Source of the DNA: Microthyrium microscopicum
Lineage: Eukaryota
NCBI GenBank assembly: GCA_010405405.1
Contig: MU004235.1
Location: 1,130,538 to 1,194,537 of the forward strand
Direction: 5' to 3'
DNA: 64,000 nucleotides
In this document: piece after piece, positions 49,454 to 61,700 of the stretch
Layout: each line of letters opens with the position of its first letter
How positions within the stretch are numbered: the first letter of the stretch is position 1
Translations under genes and position numbers: made by a program
Notes under the pieces: generated by a model
The model's input: only the letters and a program-made list of their open reading frames with translations
The model's database searches: none
Told to the model about the DNA's origin: nothing

Positions 49454-50356
49454 CTACTGCTGCTGCATGGGGTACTGATACATGTTGAATCCTGATGGAT
49501 CCTGAACTTGCTGTTGAGGATGTTGTCCATAGGCGCCAGCGGCTGCCTCTGCTTGCTGCATTTGTGATGCGACTTGAGGAACTGGCGCGGCATAGATGCC
49601 CGGTTGACCCATGTGCGGATCCATGGCATACTCTGGAGCACCAGCCATCTGTCCGTGCTGAGGATGAACTCCAGGGGCTTGTTGAACGGCACCATGAGCG
49701 CCCATTTGAGCTGCCGCTGCTTGATGGGCAGCATTTCCATGATGTGCGGCTCCAGATCTCTTACTTCCGCCTTGGCCTTCTTCCCGAGGAACAATATCAA
49801 TCAAAAAGTCGAACATGTCGGATTTGCTGAGGGCAGAGGCAATATCTGACCGCTGCAGAGTTCGACGCTTGTTCTCCTCTGCATGGATCCAGGCGCGCAT
49901 AGTGAGTTCGGTGATGAAGATATCGCAGCCTTTGGCAAATAAGATGGGTGCTTCGGCGGATATCATTTTGACTTCTGGGTCGGCCTTCATGACCTTCTTA
50001 ATACGAGCTAACGGCAGCTGGTGTAGCTTGAAATCATGCTCTTCGTTCTCGAGACGAGTCACTTGGTTTTGCCAGTAGACGTTCAAAACATCCTGTGCTT
50101 GAGCGGCCAATCCTTGGCTTACCTAGAACAGTGTCAATAACCAATTTCGCGACTGTATATCTCAAACGCTTACATTGGACCAAATTCCTGTGAAAACTTG
50201 GGGATCTGGCGCAGCATTTTCTAATGCAATTTTCTGACAAGCTCCATAATGACCTCCATTGTTGGTGTTGTAGAGCGGGCCTTCACTTCCATCGTACTTG
50301 CGAGGGTGGCCCTGCTGAGCGCTGGGCGCGGCGGCGACTGGTTGAGGGTTCGACAT
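49454..50356 (-). CDS. HAP5: CCAAT-binding complex subunit HapE/Hap5 (NF-YC)
   Basis: [62 protein letters not shown] histone fold. Start position approximate. Confidence 0.95.
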
Positions 50357-51917
50357 CTGGTTACTGCGCATACTATGCATGCAATCTGAAATTTCGAGAT
50401 GTAATTTCTGGAAATATGTTAGTGTACCGTTAAGAAAGAGCGTTGTTCGGGTTTCCAGAGCTAGAACGCGCCAAGAAACTCAAATTTCATGGTAGAATCG
50501 CATCGCATTGCGTTTGAACTATAGAATGCTACGGTAGCCATGATATGCGACGGGATCTATCCATTATTTTGGAAGTATTGGAGATCTTACCGGATAGCAA
50601 CAGCGTGTGGAAAGCAAGTGGTTCGCTCACCGCTCTTCCAACAGGCACGCGTACGAAGTTTTTGCTTTGGTAGAGGTGATTCTATGGGAGCAGATGGTTT
50701 GCGCAAGGCAACCGGCGTAGTATAATTCTTGATTTGTTGCACGACAGGAGCGCGACGTGTGTGAGTGGTTGAGTAGACGTGCGATTGGTTCGTGGAGATC
50801 TGATGGTCTCTGAGTGGTGAGGGGAAGAGAAGCAGAAGGCTAGCTGCGGCTGACACTATGTAAGGGATTAATAAACGCGCAGGCAGAAGGGCAGCAAGTA
50901 CGAGATAAAGGTAAATATAAGGTGGGAAAGAGAAGAGTATGTAAACAAGAGCAGCGTACCTGGAAGATATTGGAGATGTGTTGACGAGGTTGAAATCAAA
51001 ATCCAATGGTGGTTGAGAGAAGATGAATTGATCAAGGCTGGGGGGGAAGGAGCGAAGCGAATCAAATCGTAAAAGAGCAGGAGCGACTGGCAAGTCAAAG
51101 GTCGCTCCTTCCTGGCGGGTGTGCTGGCTTTGGCTGCACTTGCTCAACAGGGCTGCGCTGATCGAGTTGCGGGGGCAGGAGCGACCTCGATTATTGGATG
51201 GAAGGTGCGATGCAGTGTGATTGGTCACAATGCCAGTCACTCGCAGCAAATTGCAGTTGAATGTGACAGGACAATATCTCATCTAACCTCTACATTTCTC
51301 TGCAACCCAATTTCGACCTCTATTACTTCTTAAAACCCTTTTCAAAGTCTGCTACTTCATACGCGCCAAACCTGACAACACTCGCTTTACTCCGTAGAAG
51401 GTGAGCTAAGTGGCGTAATTCCCGCCCTGTCATTGGCCCTTGTCCCAGCCTGTTATGCGTTGGCAATTGTTGCATAATGCTCCGCCTTGGTCAATCCTGA
51501 CCGCCTCTGTGTGAATTTTATTTCCAAATGCTAAAATGATGACATTTGGGACGAGACAAGGCTGTGCTATGCGTTATATGCGTATGCGTTGGCCGTTGGG
51601 TAGCATGCCAGCAACTGCTGCAAACTGGTTGGCGCAAGCTCTCAGCCTTGTGAGGACCAGATACTGTCTCTCATTGGCCAAGACATCCGCGTCTTCTTCC
51701 GACTGATATAATGCATGTCCTCTATCTTCTTGCCATGTCAGAATAAAAGTTTATGTTGTGCAGCTCGGCCGTTGCAAGGGCACTTACGCCTACTTCTTCA
51801 CCGAGGTGTGACTAATGCTCGTCATAGTCTGAATCTTGCATGCTGTGCTTTTGAAGCTCCACATCGCAGAGCATGGAATGTCTCGCATCTCTTTATTGAA
51901 AATGGTTCCGAAACATT

Positions 51918-52963
51918 TCATCTTGCAGCTAGCGTGCGTATTTGGAATGTGGCTCCTGGAAGTTCGATAGATTCTGCTTGCACAGTAGCGACGATGCCCA
52001 TGCTAGCAAGTGCTCCACGGATCAGTCCGGCAGGAAAATAGAGAAACTGTGCAAGAGAGTTTAGCTTTCGAAGGATATCAAGTGAAGTGAAAGTAACATA
52101 CCGGTTGTGCTTGTGCCATCATGCCCTCTCGTCCTTGTTCCAGACTCATCTTACTAAGAGGTCGGAAAGAGTTGTCCGTGAGAACATAAACACCCTGTAA
52201 ATCATCAGTCATGATCCAAATAAAAGTCGTTTAGCGCCATACTCGATGATTTGTCTTCAGATTGTCAATCTGCTTCTTGAATACCAGAGTCCATAGATCT
52301 TTACACAGGAACTTGATGACGTCCAGAGTATCGGTAAATCGCGGTTTGTCCTTTGCGAACCTATGATCATACCAATTAGCCACACGTCATTGAGGCAAGC
52401 ATGATACGCATGTTCCAATGCCAACCCGTCGCGAAAATCGCTGCCTGTCATCTTAAGATATATCGCTCACGAGGATCCTGACAAGAAGACTCTCGACAAG
52501 AAGACTCTCGACAAGAAGACTCTCGACAAGAAGGCTCCCAGCACAACACACACTCTCTCCCAAAGAAAACTCACCGCTCAACAATCCCCAACCCAACACG
52601 ATACCCCAGCCCATCCAGCCTCCAAAATACCGCCTCCCTCGTCTCCTCCTCATCCATCCCCTCCACACTCCCACCAATTCCACCCACGCCCACGCCCGTA
52701 CTAACACCCACCGTGCCCACCGTGGATCCCGCGCCGCTCTTACTCACCACCTTGCCCACACTCTTGTCATTATTGTTCGAAGTAGCGGTCGTTGTAGTGG
52801 GATTCCATCCATTGCCTGATTCGGTGGCTGCTTGGCTGCTGGTGAGTCGGTAGGCGAGGGGTACGAGCTCAATGAGCAGGAATTCGAAGCAGGAGGCTGC
52901 GACGTGTGGGCCGGCGAGGTCGGCGGGGGCGGAGAGCGGGGTGTGGGACGTGTCGAATGCCAT
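51918..52963 (-). CDS. TRS33: TRAPP complex subunit Trs33 (Bet3 family)
   Basis: [43 protein letters not shown]...[19 protein letters not shown]..|[10 protein letters not shown]. Confidence 0.93.
52480..52537. repeat. 15-bp minisatellite (GACAAGAAGACTCTC x ~3.8) in TRS33 intron 1
   Basis: Direct reading of tandem units. Confidence 0.92.
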
Positions 52964-53297
52964 TTTGATTGTGTATCTTTAAAATATCGTGCTGGTTTTT
53001 CGGGGCGATGGGTTTATGGAGGAGAGGGGTTGTGGTGGGTTGGTAGATGGTGGGTTGTTTGGTGAACATTGAAGGTGAGGTTGGAGCTTTGATGATTTTT
53101 GGTGTTGCAGCGGATGAGATCTTTGATGGAGAGCTGTTGCTTTACCCCTTTTCCAACACCAAAAGTTAACAAGTTTATGGAGTTAAAATGGCAATGCTAA
53201 TTCGCTATGTATATGTAAGCTATTTTATGTACTAATATGGGTATCCCGGTTTATCCTATTCAAGCGTGATTTCGTTAATTATCCTACTCGACCTGGC

Positions 53298-55346
53298 TCA
53301 TTTTCCACTTCCGTGTCCATACGTCGTTCGCTTTATCGCCATGGCGCCTTCAATCCAGTCTTTGGCTGCGACGATTACATCGCCAATCTCGCGCTGCAAT
53401 ATGCCCAGCACTTTCTCCTGCCGTACTAGCTTCTCATCCTCTGTGGCATCGACATGTAGTGGTGCCGGAGGGCTTTTGGCCACGATAGATAGGTTGCGCG
53501 TGCTTGGGATACGCAATACTTCGCTTTCCACACCATAGCCTAGCTCGGCGGCCAGCTTAACAACGTGCGCGGTGAAGCCGGCATATGCGGAGGGAACGTT
53601 ATTCTTGCGTCCTGCGGTGAGCGGGCGCGCAAGACTGCCGGACTGTGGGCCTGGACCTGTTTGTGTAGTTGGCCGTGAGGCGAGAGAGTCACGAACTGTC
53701 TCGCTAGGCTCGGATATGATGTCAGAGTCAGCTTTGCTCGTGACAGAGCTAGCCTTGTGGTTGTCTGATTTCTCAGGAAGGGTATCGTAGAAGCGAGAGA
53801 GCTTGCCGTTGAGTGCGTGGCTGCAGCAAGGGATGGCAATGAAAGGGCAGTTGGAAACGTAGGCAAGGAGGGGAGTCCAAGGTGTAAGTTGGTCGGCGTG
53901 GTTAGATATTATGAATGTGCCAGCGGGGAAGATGCCATCATGCGTACCGCCAGTCTCCAGAAAGTCTAGTATCGCACGGTCTTGATCTTGTGGTACTGCG
54001 GATCGTAGTATCTCGGGAATTAGGACAAAGTCTTTCAATTTGTCTTGTACGAATTCAGGGAAGACAGCCCAGGACTTCCGTCGCCTGACGTCGAACCCCC
54101 AACCTTCGTAACCTTCGCTCAGAAGAATATGAACCAAAACTCCATTGCCGCAGCCTATATCGACAAACCCGGGAAAGACATTCTCTGCATCCTTCGCTTT
54201 GCTGCTTCCGAGTAATCCACAAAGACGAGAAGCTCCCTTCTTGTTTTGGTCGCCGTACATGCCTCTCCATATTTCAATGAGAAAGGCTGCAATTCCCAGG
54301 TCTTCGAAGACGTGTTTCTTTGGGTCCGTCACCTCCGCCCAAGTCTCCAATAGGCCTTTTGCATACTTCTTCTTTAGCCTGGTGTAGGTATCTTGGAATG
54401 TTGCCTGATCCACCAGCAAATCGTGGTGTACTCTCTTCTTGTATCCTGCTTGCTGACCCGTTGCGTGCTTGTGAACAGTGCGAAGCAGATTCAACGCGAT
54501 CCTTTCTAGACGTTGTGGAAGGGGGAGCTTGGAAAGGGATTCTGTGAGCGATGAAGGTTCCTCTTTTTGTGTCGACATGTCCACGTTTTGTGAGCCGAAA
54601 AGCCGGTAATGAAGTGACAAAGTACCACTCTGCGTTTCAGGTGTAAAGGAGTGTAAAAAAGCCAGCGATTGGACTTTGGGGTGGTAGAAAGGTATCGAAT
54701 CGGGGTCGTCCGCATGTGGTATATAAACGACCAGATTTTTCTCCTCCTCGACCTCGTCCTCGCCAGCACTTTTCTTTAAATTCCACACCGTCTGGACTAG
54801 TTCGGGGTCGAGATTCGGGTTTCGTGGGACGAGTTTACGCACAACAGCTCGTTGCTTGGTATAGCCGTCAAAGGTCGTTCCTGGCCTAGGCTTCAACTCT
54901 TGCTTCAAATGTTTCACAAGTCCACGTTCTTCAAGAACATCGTCAACTAGGTCGTTCTCGGGATCTTTTTCGCTGTCGTACAATATATCGGCTCGAAATA
55001 AAAGACTGGATGTAACATTGGGGTTACGAAGCAGATTTTCCATCACCTGGTTGAAGAACCTAGGTGGAAACGAACATGGTGTAAGGAGGACCGACTGCCA
55101 AAGTTCGCCTGAAGGAAATTGTAGGGTTGCTGAAGCCGACAAGTCGCGCGATGCAACTGTCTCCTCTGAGGACGTCGAGCTTGAGGGAAATTGTAGCGGG
55201 ATAAATGGTAACGAAGATGGAGGTGGGGATTTCAGAGAAGTAGGAGTTGATATTGGGGGCCCTTTGTCCGAGTCGATTCCCTTGGTATTGCCTGTTTCGA
55301 GAGCTTTTGCAGGCTGGCCTTCAGAGCTGGAGGTGGTGTCACGCAT
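53298..55346 (-). CDS. TRM44: tRNA(Ser) (uracil-O2'-)-methyltransferase
   Basis: IPFYHP, GYKKRVHHD, DPKKHVFEDLGIAAFLIEIW, FVDIGCGNG, GFDVRRRKSW, ISNHADQLTPW, IPCCSH, LRIPSTRN. Confidence 0.93.
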   Translation of the reverse strand: MRDTTSSSEGQPAKALETGNTKGIDSDKGPPISTPTSLKSPPPSSLPFIPLQFPSSSTSSEETVASRDLSASATLQFPSGELWQSVLLTPCSFPPRFFNQVMENLLRNPNVTSSLLFRADILYDSEKDPENDLVDDVLEERGLVKHLKQELKPRPGTTFDGYTKQRAVVRKLVPRNPNLDPELVQTVWNLKKSAGEDEVEEEKNLVVYIPHADDPDSIPFYHPKVQSLAFLHSFTPETQSGTLSLHYRLFGSQNVDMSTQKEEPSSLTESLSKLPLPQRLERIALNLLRTVHKHATGQQAGYKKRVHHDLLVDQATFQDTYTRLKKKYAKGLLETWAEVTDPKKHVFEDLGIAAFLIEIWRGMYGDQNKKGASRLCGLLGSSKAKDAENVFPGFVDIGCGNGVLVHILLSEGYEGWGFDVRRRKSWAVFPEFVQDKLKDFVLIPEILRSAVPQDQDRAILDFLETGGTHDGIFPAGTFIISNHADQLTPWTPLLAYVSNCPFIAIPCCSHALNGKLSRFYDTLPEKSDNHKASSVTSKADSDIISEPSETVRDSLASRPTTQTGPGPQSGSLARPLTAGRKNNVPSAYAGFTAHVVKLAAELGYGVESEVLRIPSTRNLSIVAKSPPAPLHVDATEDEKLVRQEKVLGILQREIGDVIVAAKDWIEGAMAIKRTTYGHGSGK

Positions 55347-55865
55347 TTGAAGGCCGGCGCAATTGTGATCGTGGACAAGGCGTGAGCGCGAAGCAATTTT
55401 GGCTTGGCCAAAGCCCAATTGTCCGTAAACAAGTCAAGATCGTCGATTTGCCAATTTCGGAAGTCGACGGTACCGTTTTGGTTGGCACGGTTGGCTTGTT
55501 GGTGGAGCTGAGTTGAGTGGCGTGCGGAGAATCGATCGAGTAAGAATTGGTGGCGTTTAGCCAACCCCGTATTCTGACAACCTTGAAAAAATATTCCGTC
55601 CAGAATTGCTGTCTTCTACGTTTGTAAATGTTCGAATTTCTGGGCGAGCTCTTTCCGACACTTCTTACCAAAGCATTCGAAGCCGGGCTAATAGCGAAGA
55701 TTGAGTACTAGTGGAGTAACGCAACCAAAATCGAATCAGGCGGGTCTCACCATTTTTATACAACATAATAAGTTTTCGCTACATAATCATTCATCGCATC
55801 GTCAAGTATCCAATCAGCCTGTTCACTGTCTATAGTACTCCAAGAAAACAATTGCTTTCTACAGC

Positions 55866-56492
55866 CTACGCACTCAATATCTCGTGAACATACTCCTTTC
55901 TGAACTCGTTGCCATCTGTCTCTGGTCCTCTAGTCAACGGAGTCCATTTGGGATCATCTTGGAACAATCGCATGGCTTTCGTGTACTACAATCCGTCAGT
56001 GCTAACCTCAAGCCTTCTTAAAGGCTGCTTACATTTTGCTCATCGGTAGTAAATCGATGATAAATACCAGCAGGCATAATCATCAAATCATACTTGGCCA
56101 GCTTGATTCGTACCCATTCATCGTTCTTATCGCGAACATCAAAGAATCCACCGCCATCCAGAATGTACCGAATCTCTTCATCCTCGTGGAGATGTTCATT
56201 GAAGAACATTTTGACCTTTTCTTCATATGCTTCGCCCATGCTCGTTGGAGAAATTGTGATCACATCTCGATTCTTGTAGCCCCGGTTGGCTGCTAGTTTG
56301 TCTACATCGTCCACGGAAGGATAGTTGAAGTGCTTGATGCCTAGCTTCTCAAGATATTCCTCAGATACATCACGGCCAGAATCATGAGGAAGGCGCTGGT
56401 CGCCCTGCCGATTCGTCAGTTAACCTTCAAGCTATTGGCTGGGACAAGTCGAGTCGCATTACCGAATTGTTGTCGAACCAGTACGCTCTCAT
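55866..56492 (-). CDS. ADI1: Acireductone dioxygenase (methionine salvage)
   Basis: [54 protein letters not shown]. Two introns. Confidence 0.96.
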
Positions 56493-57277
56493 ATTGTGTG
56501 ATTTCTTGCAAGTCTCTGGAGATTATAGATTGAAATTGAGGTATGGTGTAGTTGAACGACATTACTAGCAACCCGCGACGTGAGGAAATAGCCTCTTATG
56601 GTTGGACAATAGAATCTCACGTCATATTGCACAAGGCAACTAGTTCCGACGACAAAAAACTTGCGGACACTTCGGGCATAATGACAAACTTGCCGATGTC
56701 GGCCGCCATTTCACTTCAGCCTTGTAGAGCTACTACATCACAAGGCTGAGATTCACCACGACGATGTCTTTAGTGTTGTAGTTGTTAACAAAATTCACTG
56801 AACCTATTACAGCTGTGCAAATACTTTTATTGACAATATTTTGCCGTTTCCAGTGATTTAATTGGGCAAACCTCATTGAGCAAGCCAAAATTCCGACACA
56901 ATAGGCTCCCTATTGTCATGGGTACCTGCATGAATGCAATTGCTCCTCAATCGAAGCTACTAAGACACGAGGTCAAGACAATAAGAACAGGTAAAAAGCA
57001 CAATGACTACCTCAACCTCAATTTATTCTGACCATCATGAATCGTGTTCGACCTCATGTCTCAGCCTTTGTAGCTGTTTCCCAAACAGTCTATCTGAGAG
57101 AAAGAATACAGTCAAAGCCGGAGTCAATCAAATACACGAACCAACAATTCTTGAATAGTCTTATTGTGCCAATTTAGACACTACTAAGCATGATCTCACC
57201 CGAATCTATATCACCTCTCCGAATCTCTCCACTTTGCATATTCTCGCTTTCGAACTTCGTTTGTATCTATCGCAAAT

Positions 57278-58725
57278 ATGACTGACCGTCGCCTCGAAAA
57301 CCTTGTCCAAGATGAAGGTGATCTATTCAGTCCATACGCTGATTTTGACAATTTCTGTGTTGATCGTGAGCTGGTTGCAATTCCTGGTCAGACCTTCCAA
57401 GATTTTGGCTATTACAATGGCCAAGGATTTACACCAACAGACACCGAAGCCGGAGCAGAAAGTGAAGCAGAAGCACTTGTCAATCGTGACAGTCATTGGA
57501 ATGGTTATGGAGCGCCATGGGATAGACTGCCGTGGTTCGACAACAACGAGCCTGCGTACGGTCATGAGAATCTACCACCAGCTACAGTTTCGGAACAACC
57601 CATGACGCCGCCATCAGATCAGCTATGCAATGGGAATGACTTGGGCCTTTACAGTCTTCCTCATGATGGAGAATCTCGTGTTAACTGGGACGAATCATTC
57701 AACCTGGGTTATGTCGACCCTCCAACTCCAGTCAGCCAGGTGGACGACTTTACTGATCCAGCCTCCTCCTCTTCGCCAGAGAGTTTGCAACATGAACTTC
57801 AGGAGAGCTTGTACCAGTCGCCAGCAGGACATTTACACCATGTTCCACAACAATCCCGAGTTTGCCGTAAGCAGCCATCGCCAAGTCCTCGTCAGGCAAT
57901 ATCTGAAGTTCAAATTCCCATGGCACGCTACTCAAGATTCTGTAAGTTTTTCAGAATCTTCCGACTCTTCTGCTCTAACATCTCAAAGGGAACGCTCCTC
58001 GACGTTGGACAGCTGCACACGCTACAACCCGCGGTCTCGAAGTCTTCCACGATCCCACCCTCTCCATCGACAACCTCCCTCCCGAAGCCGCCCTGATATT
58101 CATGCCCGCGCGTCCCGACTTTCCACTCATGACCAACAGTCTCGGCCACGCCGTCATGTCTCCACGCTTCCCGAACATCCAACTCAAAGCCATTCCCTGG
58201 CTGCCCTTCCCCTTCGACATCACCAAGATCGACGGCTGGCAAGTCTCGCTGTACATGGTCTTTGGCGCGACCGTCAAAGACATGGCGCAACGACTGCCTG
58301 CAGACTTTCAGCCGAGTCACTCGGCAACACAACTCGAGAACCGCGTACTCAAGAAGTCACTCGACTATCGTAACCGCCACGGCGGCTTTGGCCAAGACCC
58401 GCGGCCCATCAAAGGCGGCAAAGTCAGTGACAACGCAAAAGCAATTCTGACAGGCCATCATGACAAATTTTCAAGGCCAGCATTGGATGCGCTGCAGTTG
58501 TTGTTTGGAGTCATGTGGGAAGTCGATACCGATACCTGGACGATGCGGCAGAGCAAGGAGAGTCGGCATGCATATCTGCTGCCCGAGCCGCGTGAGCTGG
58601 ATCCCATATTGCGAGATATCTTGATGCGGTTGAATTCTCGGGCGACTGTACCGACGTTGGCGCAGATGGGGTGGCATCGGAATGAGATTGATGGGACTTG
58701 GTGGGCGACGAGCCAGGCAGGCTAA
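57278..58725 (+). CDS. Hypothetical protein (acidic disordered N-terminus, compact C-terminal domain)
   Basis: ORF 57278 joins ORF 58102 in frame through intron 57942-57988 (GTAAGT..CTAAC..AAG). No family recognised. Confidence 0.65.
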
Positions 58726-61700
58726 AGTTGTGTAGGTAGCTTCAGATCGATATTGCATTGCATTGGGCGGCGCTGTTGTGGCATTTTCGGTATACCCCAT
58801 GCAGTTTCCATATAGTTTGTTGGCATCTTGTGGGAGATGCTCAAGACGTAGACATGAGTGGTTTATACGAAAATTTGTTTTAGCATTGACGTATTTAGCG
58901 GGTGATTTCATGGTGTGATTGTAATTCTTATCTTTATCCCAAAATTCAATGGATCAGAGTGTACAGAGAACTTGTGCAACATAGGTACATAACAGTAGTA
59001 TTCTAGAAAAAGTGGCCTATCTCTAGCCTTCCTTCCGTTCTGGATCGTTGATCATCCAATATCTATCAACCTTCAAAAGCTATAAGACTTCGGAACATAA
59101 AGAGTCAGTGTCCAAAATAAGGAAATATGCGAACGGAAAAAGGTGTGTTGGTCACGAGGACTCATTGTATGGAAGTTAATTGAGTTTTTGCAAATATATA
59201 GAACACTCCTGGAGTCTTGGTAGATTGGAGTCCAGTCACTGAGCCTCAACTCCACGGCATTACTTGAAATGTATGTAATTCAATTTGAGGTAGATGCCAA
59301 TGACGAGCCTTTACGGAATATTCATGATTGAATAACATTTATTCTGCTTGATTGGCGTCTATACGCCGTCGTCCGTCAAATGCTAAACATTTTCGTATCA
59401 GCAAAGTTGTGGAGCAGAGGGCAAAAAACATATCATATAAACCATTTCTATATAGATTTCCTTCACATCTCTCGCGTCTTATTTCATAGCCCTTTAGTTA
59501 TCCATTAGGCAAGCCCACAATCGGACTAGAACTCTGACTGACCTGAAGACATCTTTGTCCGTCAGCCAGGCCACTCGTTGTAAGGTCACCATCATTAATC
59601 TGACGAATCAATTATAGAAAATCATGTGAGCCCAATGTACCAATACTGTATTGTTATACCAAGTTCGATTACTCGTAGCTTGGACCCTACGGGCGTATGT
59701 GTTACCTCAACCTTGGCTTACAATGTGAATAACGATGGTAATAGCTTATTATTCCGTCTTGGATTGCAGTATGAGCTACTTGGCAAGATGCTTTGTACAA
59801 GTAGCATGTGCTTCAGTACTTGCGTATCTTCGATTAGGACTAGTATGGCATATGTGAACCTTGATGTCTTGGAGTTGACTCCGACTTCCACACTCTATTG
59901 ATCCCCGGAATGTCTGATCTGTGGATTCCGTCCGTGGCATATGACGGCTTAAACTTTGTTTAACGGCTAGGGAACTATACTGCAACTACCCAGCACACAG
60001 TGGAAACTGAGATAGGCTGACTAGAGTTTGACTAATGGACATGGCTTCAAAATACGTTTTTGTTATTGAACTTCATCACTGTAAGATACCTCTTGGAATG
60101 GCTCTTCGTTCCTGTACCAGTCAATACTCAACAGGCAGCATCAATTTGAGCTTATGGAAAACTTATAAAGTGACGAAAGAAATAACAGGTTGAAAATACC
60201 TACCACATGTTTTGAATCATGTGAGATATTCAAACATCACTAACTCAACTATACAACTCTGAGATTCTACGTTCTTAGGCGTACACTTCTTACGGAGCAT
60301 GCCGTCTAGATTGCTTAATACATAACGATATGAGGTAGTCCTTGAGAATACCAAAACCGTATTGTTGGTCGAAATTCCCACGGAAGCTGTTGAAGAACCT
60401 GTGAAACAAATCACTCTGTATTCAAAGATTGAACATCAAAAGCCAAGATACATGCATCACAACGAGAATATCGTCGTTTTCAACTCTTATCCGGAATGCA
60501 TCCGAAGAGTCGGTGTCTCAGTAGCAGGCTCGCTTTCGTTTTCCACATCAACCATGCTGGCAACCCAGCGCTGTCGATGACGTTCTCCAAGACTTTGGAT
60601 ATCGCTGATATTGAGATTTTTACCTGCCAAGTGGTGTGCTAGCAATGAGTTAACCATCGGAGTATATCCGGAGATGGTTCCTTGCTCTGGTCGCTCCATC
60701 TGTTGGATTCATGTGTTACCCGGTACATTAAATCGGTCCAGAAACAACCAACCGCTATAGTCCAGCTACATGCCATATAGCAATGCCACGGCGAATCAAA
60801 TACCCGATCCGAGATACATTTTCTCCGCATCCCGGAAGACCCATGCGATGATCATGAACTGGCCTCCCTGGTAACCGCCAGGATCCCTTTCATGGGCTTG
60901 CTTGGGAGTAGCCTTGTACGGATCACGGTGCTTGATACCTGCGGGCTGGGCAGCGTCAATCATTTCTGCCACTTGGACACGGAATTGAATATATGAAACT
61001 CTAGATCGCGCCTGAGAGAGCCCGGATCAATGGCCGATCAGTAGTAAGACCTCCAGTTCAACCCTGAATGCGAGCACCTGGATCAAATTGGTCAAAATAA
61101 AGCTCAAGTTGAACAACCCGGCGCCAAAGAAAATAACGGTACGTAGCAGTTAGCACGTAGGGAGCATGTCTACACGCGCATCCATGAGTCGCGAGCACCA
61201 TATTGGGCAGTCCGGCAAATGTGGTGTTATTGTACCCGCGAATGCCACACCCATATTCCGGCAATTGCCTATGCACCGTGAGTGAATACTAAAGATGGCA
61301 AAGATCCTACATTGGTTCCCATGTCACCGTTTTACGCCAAAGCAGCCTTCGGGTTGGCGGGAGGAGGCGGCGCATGAGTAGTTAGCGACTTCTTGTTTTA
61401 GTATGACAGATAATCACAGACTTCCTGAGTTCCTAAACTTCCTGTCCATAGCCTTTTCGAAATTGTGGCTCATGATTGGCCGAATGAACATTTACAATTT
61501 TGAGAATTAGATTGAGAAGCTGCTACTGATTGCCGTGACCTATGGACAATTCCAATTTTTTTTTATCTCAGATTCTAGGAAATTTACCGTAGTTGGAAAA
61601 GATCGTGAATAACGTCAGAGGCGCGATATGGAATGTTCCACAAGTGGAGTTGGTGGTAGTAACGGTTCACTATTATCGTTGATAGCATCAGACTAAGTAT

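Noticed and set aside
50115..50130. Acceptor followed directly by GTAAGC in hapE, suggesting recursive splicing
   Set aside because: The bases encode VSQGL, matching the recalled homologous N-V-N-Q-G-L segment, so they are ordinary coding sequence.
50587..51282. 231-aa minus-strand ORF upstream of hapE
   Set aside because: Composition reflects pyrimidine-rich promoter/5' UTR sequence; no domain recognised.
55600..55760. tRNA-like TTCGAA motifs
   Set aside because: No cloverleaf or A/B box arrangement could be built.
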